A program made the position numbers and the translations under genes. DNA of 64,000 nt. Origin: an uncultured Candidatus Saccharibacteria bacterium (GTDB lineage Bacteria > Patescibacteriota > Saccharimonadia > CAZBQI01). Of the stretch, positions 54,820 through 64,000 are shown piece after piece. How positions within the stretch are numbered: the stretch's first letter is position 1; each line of letters begins with the position of its first letter. Location of the stretch: positions 3,126-67,125 of the forward strand of contig CAZBQI010000001.1 in assembly GCA_964494105.1 (NCBI GenBank). Reading direction: 5' to 3'. The notes beneath the pieces were generated by a model. That model was not told the origin of the DNA. It made no database searches and was given only the letters and a program-made list of their open reading frames with translations.

Positions 54820-55296
54820 TTGAAAATTATCAGGGTGAAAGGAATTTCTAACGGGATGAGCGACCAGGTGCCTCAATTTGACCCAAAAGATTTTTCGACT
54901 AAGTCGTATGTAAAACGGGTAGAAAAGCCGTGGGGCTATGAGCTGCACTGGGTGCCTGAGGGTAAACCGTACATGGGTAAAATTGAACATATTAGCGCTG
55001 GAGCGCGAATGTCGTTGCAGGTTCACGACCAAAAACAGGAAAGCTGGTTTATGATGAGCGGTAAAGCCAAGGTAGTTTGGGAGGATGACACCGGTAAAAT
55101 GGTAGAGACAGAGCTTGAGCCAGGGAACGGTTACTCAACTGCAGTTGGGCAAAAGCACCGCTTGGTAGGAATTACCGACTGCGACATTATTGAGGTTTCA
55201 ACGCCAGAGCTCGGTACAACCTGGCGCCTAGAAGACGATTATGAGCGACCGAATGAAACCCCGGAACAACGTAAAAAGGAACGGGGAGAAGAATGA
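54820..55296 (+). CDS. Cupin-domain protein (mannose-6-phosphate isomerase type II-like cupin)
   Basis: VEKPWGYELHWV ... SLQVHDQKQESWFMMSGKAKV cupin motifs. Confidence 0.7.
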   Translation: MKIIRVKGISNGMSDQVPQFDPKDFSTKSYVKRVEKPWGYELHWVPEGKPYMGKIEHISAGARMSLQVHDQKQESWFMMSGKAKVVWEDDTGKMVETELEPGNGYSTAVGQKHRLVGITDCDIIEVSTPELGTTWRLEDDYERPNETPEQRKKERGEE

Positions 55297-55784
55297 AGCT
55301 TGAAATAGACGTTGAACTGGTAAAACCAACAGTTATTTATGCCATTGGTGCACCCGGCTGTGGCAAGACTACCAGGTTAAAACCGTATGCCACTGAGATA
55401 AATGCAACCTATCTAAACCCGGACGAAATTCGCAAGTGGGTACTAGACGACGAGTTTGATCGCACTGACGACACGCTAGTGTGGGATATTCTTAATTCCA
55501 GCGTAAAACTTGCCCTCAAAGCTGGTCGACATGTAATTATTGATGCTAAAAACAGCGATCCACATTACCGCCAACAAGACGTAAATAACTACAAAACATA
55601 TGGCGCCAAGAAGATCGTGGCAGTGTTCTTCAACCGCAAGCTAGATGAATGTCTAGCCAATAATGCCGAGCGAGCCCACCCTGTACCCGCTAGAGACTTA
55701 AAAAACGTACACGAAATCTTGCAAACAACACCGCCGTCTAAAAATGAGGGTTTTGACGAAGTTATTCAGCCAGATTTGTCTTAA
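55293..55784 (+). CDS. P-loop kinase of the AAA_33/zeta-toxin-like small kinase fold
   Basis: Walker A IGAPGCGKTT; 163 aa; 4-nt overlap with the cupin gene. Confidence 0.6.
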   Translation: MKLEIDVELVKPTVIYAIGAPGCGKTTRLKPYATEINATYLNPDEIRKWVLDDEFDRTDDTLVWDILNSSVKLALKAGRHVIIDAKNSDPHYRQQDVNNYKTYGAKKIVAVFFNRKLDECLANNAERAHPVPARDLKNVHEILQTTPPSKNEGFDEVIQPDLS

Positions 55785-55787
55785 TAG

Positions 55788-57008
55788 TCACTCGTAACGA
55801 AGCGCTTCGATCGGGTTTTTGCGAGCAGCTTTTATGGCCGGAGCCATTCCAAACACAACCCCCACAACGGTAGAGACACTCACAGCAATCACAAAGGCAT
55901 TTGCGTTAAAAATGGGCGTTATGTCGGTAGTGGCTTTAACAATTATCGAAAGGCCAAAAGATGCAAGCACTCCGAGCAGGCCACCAAAAAGGCTTAATAC
56001 GACGGCCTCAATTAAAAACTGCCCCAAGATCTGACGGTTACTAGCCCCAATTGCTTTGCGCACACCGATTTCGCGAGTTCTCTCGGTCACGCTAACGAGC
56101 ATAATATTCATAATGCCAATGCCACCGACAAACAGAGATATTGCGGCGATGGCGGCTACAAAACTAGTAAGTATGTTTAGAATGCTTTCGAATATTTTTA
56201 ACTGATCATCGGCTGTAAGTACGGTGAAGTCTTCTTGCCCGCCATGTAGTGTTTTTAGGTCTTGACGAATGGCTGATACGACCCCGCCAACAGCTTGTGG
56301 TGTAGCGGCAGTAGCATCAATTTCCATTATGTTAGCAACGCCACCGTTGAGCGCCTTACCGGTTTCGAACGGCAGGTATATGGCATCGCCGAAAGAAGGT
56401 CCAAAGTTTAAGCCACCTTCTTTTTCGGGTTCCATAACACCGACCACGATGAACTCAGTGTTGCGAATAAGGACTGTTTTACCAAGTGGTTTGCCGTCGG
56501 GGAATAATTGCTTGGCGATATTGGAACCCAGGGTGACTGTTTTGGTATCGCCATCTTGCAAAAATCGCCCTTCGCCTACTTTACGATTCACAATGGTAAT
56601 GGTTTCTGGTTGGGTGGCAATTACAAATGCGTTTTCGGCTTTTTGGTTGCCGGCGGTTGGTACGCCCGAGATAATCATCATAGGCGCGGCAGCGGTTACC
56701 CCAGGTATTTGTTTTACTTTGGCAACATCGGCTTCTGTAAGCGTAGAAGCGCCTAAGCTAGCGGCAAAATTAAACCCTGTGGAGTTGCCTTCCTCGTCGG
56801 TGGTGACTGATTTGCCCGGATTAACCTGAATCAAGTTAGCCCCAAAGCCGGATACCTGATTAGATACTTCGTTCTTGACTCCACCGCCAATGGCAATAAC
56901 CGTAACAACCGAGCTAACACCGATAATAATGCCTAACATTGTTAAAAATGAGCGCATTTTGGCGTGTCGGAGGCTAGTTAACGCCATTCCCAGGTTTTTG
57001 AGTATCAT
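55788..57008 (-). CDS. ABC transporter permease, FtsX/MacB family
   Basis: 406 aa; N-terminal TM, large periplasmic MacB-like domain, three C-terminal TMs; 4-nt overlap with the upstream ATPase gene. Confidence 0.85.
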   Translation of the reverse strand: MILKNLGMALTSLRHAKMRSFLTMLGIIIGVSSVVTVIAIGGGVKNEVSNQVSGFGANLIQVNPGKSVTTDEEGNSTGFNFAASLGASTLTEADVAKVKQIPGVTAAAPMMIISGVPTAGNQKAENAFVIATQPETITIVNRKVGEGRFLQDGDTKTVTLGSNIAKQLFPDGKPLGKTVLIRNTEFIVVGVMEPEKEGGLNFGPSFGDAIYLPFETGKALNGGVANIMEIDATAATPQAVGGVVSAIRQDLKTLHGGQEDFTVLTADDQLKIFESILNILTSFVAAIAAISLFVGGIGIMNIMLVSVTERTREIGVRKAIGASNRQILGQFLIEAVVLSLFGGLLGVLASFGLSIIVKATTDITPIFNANAFVIAVSVSTVVGVVFGMAPAIKAARKNPIEALRYE

Positions 57009-57760
57009 TTGGCTTTCCTTTTAGTTGTTGATCTAGATCTTTTGCGCGTTGGGGTTTTTCGTGTGGTTGTTCGGGCGGTGTTTTGGCTACCTAGAATTCG
57101 GCCGTCTTTAAGTCGGATTATGCGTCCGGCTTGGCGAGCCAAAGTAGCATCATGTGTCACGAGGATGATGGTTGTTCCCTGATCATTCAATCGCTTTAGT
57201 ACGCGCATTACCATCGCACCGTTTTTGCTATCAAGGTTACCGGTGGGTTCGTCGGCTAGTAGCAAACTTGGTTGATTCGCCAATGACCGAGCTATTGCCA
57301 CCCGTTGCATCTCTCCGCCGGAGAGCTGGCTAGGGCGGTATTTCATTCTTTTTTCTAAGCGTACAATTTTGAGTAATTTGCCCGAGCGAATCCGGCGTTG
57401 TTTACGGCGGAAACGGTTGTACATCATTGGTAGCTCTACATTTGCCCTGGCCGTTAGGCGCCCTAGTAGGTTGAAGTTTTGAAATACGAAACCAATTTCT
57501 TGTCGTCGAAGTTTGGCTAGGGCTTTTTCTTTGAGCGGGTTAACGTGTGTGTCATTTAGGTGGTAGCTACCGGTGGTAGGCCGGTCTAGCAGGCCAATAA
57601 TGTTCATAAGAGTTGTTTTGCCGGAACCGCTGGCGCCAGTAATAGCAACAAATTCACCGGGCTTAATTGAAAGCTTCACATTGCGCAGTACTTGAGTGGC
57701 AGCGCTGCCTTTGCCATAAGTCTTGCCGATACCCTCTAATTTAATAAGAGCTTTTGCCAT
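57005..57760 (-). CDS. ABC transporter ATP-binding protein (MacB/LolD-type)
   Basis: GASGSGKTTLMN Walker A; LSGGEMQRVAIAR signature; LLADEPTGNLD Walker B. Confidence 0.9.
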   Translation of the reverse strand: MAKALIKLEGIGKTYGKGSAATQVLRNVKLSIKPGEFVAITGASGSGKTTLMNIIGLLDRPTTGSYHLNDTHVNPLKEKALAKLRRQEIGFVFQNFNLLGRLTARANVELPMMYNRFRRKQRRIRSGKLLKIVRLEKRMKYRPSQLSGGEMQRVAIARSLANQPSLLLADEPTGNLDSKNGAMVMRVLKRLNDQGTTIILVTHDATLARQAGRIIRLKDGRILGSQNTARTTTRKTPTRKRSRSTTKRKAK

Positions 57761-57844
57761 AGTGCTATTAAGTTTAGCAGAGAATACTCGTAAATATTAC
57801 AAGATTTATAAGAGTTGAAGAGTTTTTGGATTAGCTTAGATGTA

Positions 57845-57862
57845 ATGGCGGAGAGGGAGGGA
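57845..57862 (-). repeat. Exact 18-nt repeat of the tRNA-Ser(GGA) 3' end (plus-strand tggcggagagggagggat; tRNA copy 57958-57975), 95 nt downstream of the tRNA in its orientation
   Basis: Identical 18-mer read directly at both positions. Confidence 0.8.
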
Positions 57863-57957
57863 TGAACGCTTCGCTACTCCCTACGTGCCTTTCTCGATGC
57901 AAGCACCTGCGAGAGACACTTGTGATTGAACCTTAGAACCGAATCCTTCTTTTCTTC

Positions 57958-58049
57958 TGGCGGAGAGGGAGGGATTCGAACCCTCGAAGCCCGTTGCCGA
58001 ACTTACCACCTTTCCAAGGTGGCGCACTAAACCGCTATGCGACCTCTCC
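57958..58049 (-). tRNA. tRNA-Ser (anticodon GGA), CCA encoded
   Basis: Reverse complement ggagaggtcgcatagcggtttagtgcgcc accttggaaaggtgg (ccacc-ttggaaa-ggtgg) long variable arm gaggg-ttcgaat-ccctc cctctccgcca. Confidence 0.85.
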
Positions 58050-58114
58050 AGATATGATAATTTTAACACTTCTCAGAGATTGTAATACATGGAAATATAT
58101 GCTATAAAATATAT

Positions 58115-58498
58115 ATGGCTAGCCCTGAATCTATTTCAGAACAAGATCAATCAATATCTGAGATACTTGGAACTCCATGTCAAACAGTAGCACTTTCACC
58201 CGAATTAACTCGCTCATTAGTTGAATTCTATTTGACCGATTTAGTTAGAGGCGAGGATCCTGGTGTTTACAAGCCTGAGTATATAGCACGTCAGCGACGA
58301 AAAATGATAGAAGATATTGAACTGGGATTCTACGAAGGTATTGCCGATACTAATGGCCAGCTAGTTGTTGCCCTCTGGGATGGCGAAAGTCAGGTGGGCA
58401 GGTCTATGACACCAATTTTCATGCATAAAGATTTTGAAGGAAAAAAAGAAGATCTCACGCGTTATCTGACACTACGTTCATATGGATTTGATTCATAA
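58115..58498 (+). CDS. Hypothetical protein
   Basis: 127-aa ORF followed by a terminator. Confidence 0.4.
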   Translation: MASPESISEQDQSISEILGTPCQTVALSPELTRSLVEFYLTDLVRGEDPGVYKPEYIARQRRKMIEDIELGFYEGIADTNGQLVVALWDGESQVGRSMTPIFMHKDFEGKKEDLTRYLTLRSYGFDS

Positions 58499-58640
58499 GT
58501 TGCAATAGTTAACAGAGAAGCGTAAGCTGTAACGCATGGGCAATATAACAAACAAGGAGCTACAGTTCTCTACGTCTTTTGGCGTATATGAACGCGCAGA
58601 GTCTGTGAGTTAATCAGCAATATATTTATTTGATTAATTA

Positions 58641-58668
58641 ACGGGCCTGCAAGGGCCCGTTTTCTATT
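58641..58668 (+). terminator. Rho-independent terminator candidate
   Basis: aacgggcctgcaagggcccgttttctatt: 8-bp GC-rich stem followed by T-run. Confidence 0.6.
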
Positions 58669-58697
58669 GCTCAAATTATTAATAATATGGAGTAAAC

Positions 58698-60452
58698 GTG
58701 GGAATAACCCGACGTACATTACATTATTACTGGGGTGCAACCAAGCGCTATAAAGGCGCAGTGGCTATCTTTATGCCGTTAATTACGGTCGCTGTTTTAG
58801 CGAACGATATCGGACGTAGTTTTGTTGTCAGCCTGATTATTAATAACCTCAGCAAATATACAGCCGGGGCAGATACCACTTACCTTTGGCAGTTGTTTGC
58901 CGCCTTTGTTGGTTTAACGATTATCGGTAGTTTGGCCTGGCGAATTGAAGTCATTGTATACATGCGACAAGCAGCTAAGTCACTGGCTGATCTTGAGCGC
59001 ATGATGTTTAAGCGCTTAATGCAACATAGCTACAAATTCTTTACTAATCGATTCGCCGGTTCACTAGTAACACAGTTTAACCGCTTTCTGCGTTCTTACG
59101 AGAGCTTAGAAGATGTGTTTTCTTTCGAGATTTATACAATGTTCATTCGGACGGTCTTTGCGATTATTGTTTTGCTATTTGTGGCTCCATGGATTGGCTG
59201 GGGGCTGCTTGCGTGGGTAATTTTCTTTATTTTGAGTGTGAGTTTTCTGGCTTACAAAAAAATGCCAATATCGAAAATTTCCTCTAAAGCCGACACAAAA
59301 ATTACCGGAGAAGTGGCTGATGCCGTGAGTAATGTATTGACGGTTAAAATGTTTGCTCACAGTGGGTTCGAAAACAAGCGCTTTACGAAAACAAGTGCCG
59401 AGCGATCTCGCTTGCGGTTACGTTCGTGGACGTTCGACGAGTACATTCGTGCCTATCAAACTGTGCTGATGGTAATATTCGAGATCACGGTAATATACTT
59501 TTCGATTAAGTTTGTAATTGATGGCTCTATGAATGTTGCGGCAGTACTACTGGCACAGCTTTACATAAGCCGTATTTATAACGATTTATGGAACTTACAG
59601 AATATTATTCGTCGAGTTGAAATGAGCTTATCAGAAGCTGTAGAAATGACGGAAATACTAGATTTACCTCTAGAGGTGGCCGATATTAAGCATCCAAAAA
59701 AAGCTGATTTCAGTGAAGGGAAGATTGAATTTAAGGATGTTACCTTTAAATACGGTAAACGCGACAAATTAGTGTTCGATAATTTCAATTTGACTATTCG
59801 ACCCGGTGAACGCGTTGGGTTGGTTGGTCATTCCGGTGGTGGAAAAACAACGCTCACAAAGCTCTTGCTTCGCTTTGCGGATGTATCGGGTGGGGCGGTG
59901 TTAGTTGATGGGCAAAATATTGCCAGTATTCCCCAAGAGGACTTACGGGCGAATATAGCCTATGTACCGCAGGAACCAATTTTGTTCCACAGAAGTCTAA
60001 TGGAAAATATTCGCTATGGCCGGCTAGATGCTACCGACGAGGAAGTTTACGAGGCGGCACGCATGGCTCATGCGGCAGACTTTATTGACTCGTTACCAGA
60101 CAAATACGAAACGCTGGTCGGTGAGCGTGGGCTTAAACTAAGTGGCGGTCAAAAACAGCGCGTTGCGATTGCCCGAGCCATGCTTTCTAAGGCACCTATT
60201 CTGTTGCTTGACGAGGCTACTAGTTCGCTAGACAGCAAGAGCGAAAAGCTAATTGCGGAGGGCTTAAGTGCGCTCATGGAAAAACGCACTACAATCGTGA
60301 TTGCCCACCGGCTCTCAACTATTCGGCGACTTGATCGGATTTTGGTCTTGCACAACGGTGATGTGACTGAGCAGGGCACTCATGATGAGTTGCTCAAGAG
60401 AAACGGCATATATAAGGAGCTTTGGGGTCACCAGTCCGGTGATTTTATGTAG
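58698..60452 (+). CDS. ABC exporter, fused permease/ATPase (MsbA/ABCB-type)
   Basis: 584 aa; 6-TM N-terminal half; GHSGGGKTT Walker A; LSGGQKQRVAIARA; ILLLDEATSSLD. Confidence 0.9.
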   Translation: MGITRRTLHYYWGATKRYKGAVAIFMPLITVAVLANDIGRSFVVSLIINNLSKYTAGADTTYLWQLFAAFVGLTIIGSLAWRIEVIVYMRQAAKSLADLERMMFKRLMQHSYKFFTNRFAGSLVTQFNRFLRSYESLEDVFSFEIYTMFIRTVFAIIVLLFVAPWIGWGLLAWVIFFILSVSFLAYKKMPISKISSKADTKITGEVADAVSNVLTVKMFAHSGFENKRFTKTSAERSRLRLRSWTFDEYIRAYQTVLMVIFEITVIYFSIKFVIDGSMNVAAVLLAQLYISRIYNDLWNLQNIIRRVEMSLSEAVEMTEILDLPLEVADIKHPKKADFSEGKIEFKDVTFKYGKRDKLVFDNFNLTIRPGERVGLVGHSGGGKTTLTKLLLRFADVSGGAVLVDGQNIASIPQEDLRANIAYVPQEPILFHRSLMENIRYGRLDATDEEVYEAARMAHAADFIDSLPDKYETLVGERGLKLSGGQKQRVAIARAMLSKAPILLLDEATSSLDSKSEKLIAEGLSALMEKRTTIVIAHRLSTIRRLDRILVLHNGDVTEQGTHDELLKRNGIYKELWGHQSGDFM

Positions 60453-60515
60453 GCCACTTCTTAGTTATAAGTGCGAAAAACAAGTCACATGCATTAGCGT
60501 ATAATTGCATGAGAA

Positions 60516-61220
60516 ATGTACGAATTACCAAGCAATTTATATCCGTGGCTTGTTGGGAGTGTTGTACTTTTGCTTTTTGGTTTTCGCGGCTACGCCAATT
60601 ATCGCAGGCTACACAATCCACTTTCTCTTCTATTTGCAGTTAGTGGCTTTCTAATTGGTGGAGCTTTCTTTTTTTGGTCGGTGCCATTCTTTTTTGTAGA
60701 CACCAATGGGGCGATGATCATAGTTTCGCTAATTGGTGATGCTATGTATTATGCGATGCTGTCGCTACAGCTATACATAACTTATTACCTTGTTCTCAAA
60801 GAAAAAATTGTAACATCGTATGTAATTGTGCCAGCAGTGATGCTAGGTATAGCTGGGTGGCTTAGTCATTTATACGGCTACATTAAGTATGGTTTATCTG
60901 TCGCAAGCGGGTCTTTTGAGTACACTTTGCCACTATTATCATCGGTAATTCAGTTATTCCTTTTGGCGAATGTATTTCTGATAGGTGTCATTATGCTTTC
61001 GAAGATAAAACAGCAATCCAGCGCTCGTGGTAAAGCTGGAATACTTGGGATTTCGGCCATTTACATTTTGTCTGCACTAGGTGGGATGTTAAATATTCTT
61101 TTGTCAGGTGAGCCAAACCAGTCACCAGCCATCATTTTGAGCTATGCTGCCGGCTTTGCTCTTTTTGCCGGACTTCTAATCCTGGCAAGGCTATTAAGCA
61201 TAAAAAGAAAAAATGGGTAG
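60516..61220 (+). CDS. Hypothetical polytopic membrane protein (paralog A of a tandem pair)
   Basis: 234 aa, ~7 TM; N-terminus alignable to the following gene (..LP.N..P.L.G....L.FG.RG..NY...R.PLS..FA.SGFL...G.F..SVPF.F). Confidence 0.55.
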   Translation: MYELPSNLYPWLVGSVVLLLFGFRGYANYRRLHNPLSLLFAVSGFLIGGAFFFWSVPFFFVDTNGAMIIVSLIGDAMYYAMLSLQLYITYYLVLKEKIVTSYVIVPAVMLGIAGWLSHLYGYIKYGLSVASGSFEYTLPLLSSVIQLFLLANVFLIGVIMLSKIKQQSSARGKAGILGISAIYILSALGGMLNILLSGEPNQSPAIILSYAAGFALFAGLLILARLLSIKRKNG

Positions 61221-61914
61221 CATACCAACCAACGTAATTCCTTATCTAATAGGGGCGCTCGCAACATTTGTCGTTGGGGTAAGATCTACTCAAAACTATC
61301 ATAAATTTAGATCACCGCTTAGTCGTCACTTTGCGATCTCCGGTTTCTTGGCGTCAGCCGGTCTTTTCTTATACTCGGTACCCTTTATATTTGGTTTGAG
61401 TGGAGATTCATTACGCTCACCCTTGCTTTTAGGTCGATTCTTTTTAGACTTGGTTGCGTACATTCAGGTTTATTTAATTTGGTATTTAACAAGTCTTCGT
61501 CGAGTTAGTCTTGGTTGGTTGGCATTGCCAGCAACTGCGATATTTATGATTGGTTATGCCATTCAGGTCAAATATCTATTGACTGCCAGTCTAGGTGTAG
61601 TTAATGGCAGCGCCACAACGGAATTTGTAGCCACGGCGGCGTATTTTCATGCGTTTGCACTATTAATAGTGTTTTGTGCCGGGCTGATTTTAGCAAAAAA
61701 CGCATTTGTTCAAAATGATACTCGTGGTAAGGTGAGGCTGTTTTCGGTTGCATTATTGTATATGGCTGCATCGGCTAGTGATTTTTATGGAGCGATATTT
61801 CTTGGTGGTTTAAACAACTCTTGGGTGGTTTTGGCGGGTTTCTTAGTAGCCTCCGGCGGATTCCTGCTGACTTCTTTTTTATTTACAGATAGAAAAGAAA
61901 CAGAGAAGAAGTGA
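61213..61914 (+). CDS. Hypothetical polytopic membrane protein (paralog B), 8-nt overlap with paralog A
   Basis: 233 aa, ~7 TM; shares N-terminal pattern with the preceding gene. Confidence 0.55.
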   Translation: MGSIPTNVIPYLIGALATFVVGVRSTQNYHKFRSPLSRHFAISGFLASAGLFLYSVPFIFGLSGDSLRSPLLLGRFFLDLVAYIQVYLIWYLTSLRRVSLGWLALPATAIFMIGYAIQVKYLLTASLGVVNGSATTEFVATAAYFHAFALLIVFCAGLILAKNAFVQNDTRGKVRLFSVALLYMAASASDFYGAIFLGGLNNSWVVLAGFLVASGGFLLTSFLFTDRKETEKK

Positions 61915-61975
61915 GTAATTGTACAATAAACTAGCAATATAGCAAATCATATTATATAATAAATCATTATGATTA

Positions 61976-63262
61976 GTGTTTTTTGGTGTGTTAGAGACCG
62001 CTATGTTTAGTGAGGCCAGTGCCACTATCGAGGGAGAGCCAGCTGAGGTTTTAGAACATAGTCTGCCCGGCGGGCATCAGCTATTTGAATACCCACGGAA
62101 TGACGGAACTTCACTTTCACTCGAAATTAATCCTACTGATTATGTGTTAGCGAGCCACAATGTTGAGCTTGCAGATGGGCCGTCTGGGTCTGTAGTAGTG
62201 ATTTCAGGCGGTGTAGCAACCGGCCCAAATGCGTATAGAGTTGGCGCTAATAATGCCGGTAACCAATCAGGCACCGGCCCGATATTCCTGATACATGCAA
62301 ATGAAGGCAGTTTAGGCCAACCGGTAATGCCGGCCCACATTGAGGCATTAGAGCACGGTTTTAGGAGAGTCGGGGAATTGCACCACGAACAATCTGTAAC
62401 GTGGGTTCAGCACTCATTAGGCGGGGTAAAAGGCGTCCGATTTATGTCTTCTCAGACGGAACAGGTAACGACAAGTGCTATTGAACAAGAAATGGAAACG
62501 ATAGTTCTTGAACAAGAAGCGCTTTTAGAATTAGAGGGCTTGACTATAGCGGCGGAAGCCGGAAATCCCGAAGTAACCAGTATGCTCGACAATATCGATA
62601 CGATTCTAATTGATTCCGGGGCCGGTCACGACGAATCTTTAGCAAAAAGACGATTGGCTATCGCTATGACCCACCAAACAGCTAGACTCCTCATAAGCAC
62701 AGCAAAAACTTTGCCACGGATGTATTTTGATTGGCGTCAGGATAACCCACCGTTGCTTGACGCAGGTGTAACAAAAGAATTCTCTAGAAATATGGCAAGA
62801 ATTATTAAACGGGCTGAAGATGCTGCATATGCCACAAGGAACCACCGTGATTTGCTAGTAGCGCTTAATAATCATCCGAAACTTGCTGGGAAAATAATTG
62901 TAATTGGGCGCGAAAAAGAGGCCACAGTTCATAAAAAGGGTGAAGTAAAAGAATTCCTAGAAAGTCTACCAGATGATATGGCTTGGGTATTACTGGCGGG
63001 TGAGCATGATTGCCTTAGTACCGACTCTGATGAGCTAACGAGGGTGCTAAGGCTTCGGAACACTGCTACACCAAAAGTGGTTTCTGACGAAGAACTTGCT
63101 GGGCACAGTGCGCATATTAAAGCAGTAACTCCGGAATTGCATAGATTTGCGCACGTGGCATTTAAATATGCAGGAAAGACGGCGGTAGCAGGTGCGGTAG
63201 CAGGTTTAGTAGTTGGTGCCAACGCATTAAGAAGACGGCATTCCAATAAGGCAAAGGAATGA
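61976..63262 (+). CDS. Hypothetical protein with possible alpha/beta-hydrolase nucleophile elbow (VQHSLGG) and C-terminal TM anchor
   Basis: 428 aa; HSLGG pentapeptide close to GxSxG; C-terminal AVAGAVAGLVVGANALRRRH. Confidence 0.4.
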   Translation: MFFGVLETAMFSEASATIEGEPAEVLEHSLPGGHQLFEYPRNDGTSLSLEINPTDYVLASHNVELADGPSGSVVVISGGVATGPNAYRVGANNAGNQSGTGPIFLIHANEGSLGQPVMPAHIEALEHGFRRVGELHHEQSVTWVQHSLGGVKGVRFMSSQTEQVTTSAIEQEMETIVLEQEALLELEGLTIAAEAGNPEVTSMLDNIDTILIDSGAGHDESLAKRRLAIAMTHQTARLLISTAKTLPRMYFDWRQDNPPLLDAGVTKEFSRNMARIIKRAEDAAYATRNHRDLLVALNNHPKLAGKIIVIGREKEATVHKKGEVKEFLESLPDDMAWVLLAGEHDCLSTDSDELTRVLRLRNTATPKVVSDEELAGHSAHIKAVTPELHRFAHVAFKYAGKTAVAGAVAGLVVGANALRRRHSNKAKE

Positions 63263-63990
63263 ACGAGTTTGCTAAGTTAGCTGATCGTCCAGAGGCAACA
63301 GCCGTTGTCGTAGTTGGTCGAGAATTAGTCACCAATACAATTGATACGCTTGCATGTGTTGCCGATGTATTTGAGCTTAGAGCCGATTTGTTACCTTCCC
63401 AAAAGGCCGAATACCTTGAGGAACGAGCAAAGGAGCTTGGGGCATTACCAGTGCTAGCCACAATACGAAGCGCCTATGAGGGTGGGAATTGGCGCTGGAC
63501 TGACGAAGAAAAGCTGGGATTATTTGAATCGTTATTACCGCACGTCAATGCCGTAGATGGCGAGGTCGAGTCTTTTAGTTTGCTTGCTGAATTAGAAGAA
63601 CTGGCGCACAGCGCAGACAGAATCTTAGTTGTTTCAAGTCACGACTTTGAAAATACACCGCAGCTAAAGGTTATGGAAGAAACTTATCGCCGGGCAATAG
63701 ATGCCGGAGCTGATTTCGTAAAACTGGCAGTTATGGCCGAAACCATTCAGGAATACGAGAGGTTAAAGGAGTTTGCCGGCAATCATCGTGGCGATAATTT
63801 AGCGACGGTGGCCATGGGTAAATTTGGCCCGCAATCAAGAGTTGAGCTTCCGGTTCGTGGGCTAACAGCTTTTACCTTTGCATCAGATGGTATTGAGGCA
63901 GTAGCGCCGGGTCAGTTAAGCATTACTGACTTACGCAAATTCTTGCAGTATTTTGACCCCGGTGGCTACGGCCGATTAGAGCATCGCTAG
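63259..63990 (+). CDS. aroD: 3-dehydroquinate dehydratase, type I
   Basis: 243 aa; VFELRADLL (elRvDll motif), ATIRSAYEGG, ADFVKLAVMA with the Schiff-base Lys position; 4-nt overlap with upstream gene. Confidence 0.7.
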   Translation: MNEFAKLADRPEATAVVVVGRELVTNTIDTLACVADVFELRADLLPSQKAEYLEERAKELGALPVLATIRSAYEGGNWRWTDEEKLGLFESLLPHVNAVDGEVESFSLLAELEELAHSADRILVVSSHDFENTPQLKVMEETYRRAIDAGADFVKLAVMAETIQEYERLKEFAGNHRGDNLATVAMGKFGPQSRVELPVRGLTAFTFASDGIEAVAPGQLSITDLRKFLQYFDPGGYGRLEHR

Positions 63991-64000
63991 CACCTGTATA

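Noticed and set aside
1-64000. CRISPR arrays, rRNA genes, transposase/integrase genes
   Set aside because: No spacer-repeat periodicity, no rRNA-like conserved blocks and no recognisable transposase/integrase ORF were found in the window.

Overview
The gene content of this window (dnaA-dnaN-recF at the replication origin, pervasive Pro/Gly-rich low complexity, reduced metabolism, ComFC) suggests a small-genome Patescibacteria/CPR (Saccharibacteria-like) bacterium. 1) oriC region: a DnaA-box cluster, dnaA, an AT-rich dnaA-dnaN spacer, dnaN, recF and a small DUF721-like gene. gyrB does not follow recF. 2) Instead, a ~22 kb block (4.5-26.4 kb), mostly on the minus strand, looks like a Gram-positive-type type IV secretion/pilus system. 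It contains a VirB4-family ATPase split by a frameshift at an A7 homopolymer, a PrgI/VirB3-like 2-TM protein, a polytopic VirB6/TrbL-like protein, a tri-domain peptidoglycan hydrolase (SGNH + lytic transglycosylase + M23), a 1061-aa membrane protein ending in an M15/VanY-like peptidase domain, several membrane-anchored surface proteins, and a tandem array of six VirB2/TrbC-like pilin paralogs. The pilin paralogs share a near-identical 3' module, conserved Cys pairs and Gly/Ser linkers. No relaxase or VirD4 is seen in the window. 3) A tRNA-rich segment (27.8-32.6 kb) holds four tRNA-Ser isoacceptors and one tRNA-Arg, a tRNA 5'-fragment, a 36-bp perfect palindrome, and three tRNA genes each followed about 100-150 bp downstream by an exact 15-18 nt copy of their own 3' end (att-like scars). 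Housekeeping genes sit in between (SDR, folP, class IV aminotransferase). 4) Core genes: PfkB kinase + AhcY, HIT, HTH-XRE/HAD fusion, ValS, a radical SAM protein, TsaD, GNAT, Mur ligase, TyrA, PGM/PMM, a small SpoT-like HD hydrolase, CIRCE-regulated groES-groEL, SIS isomerase + cupin + P-loop kinase, MacB-type ABC pairs, tandem paralogous membrane proteins, and type I dehydroquinase. No CRISPR arrays or rRNA genes were seen.
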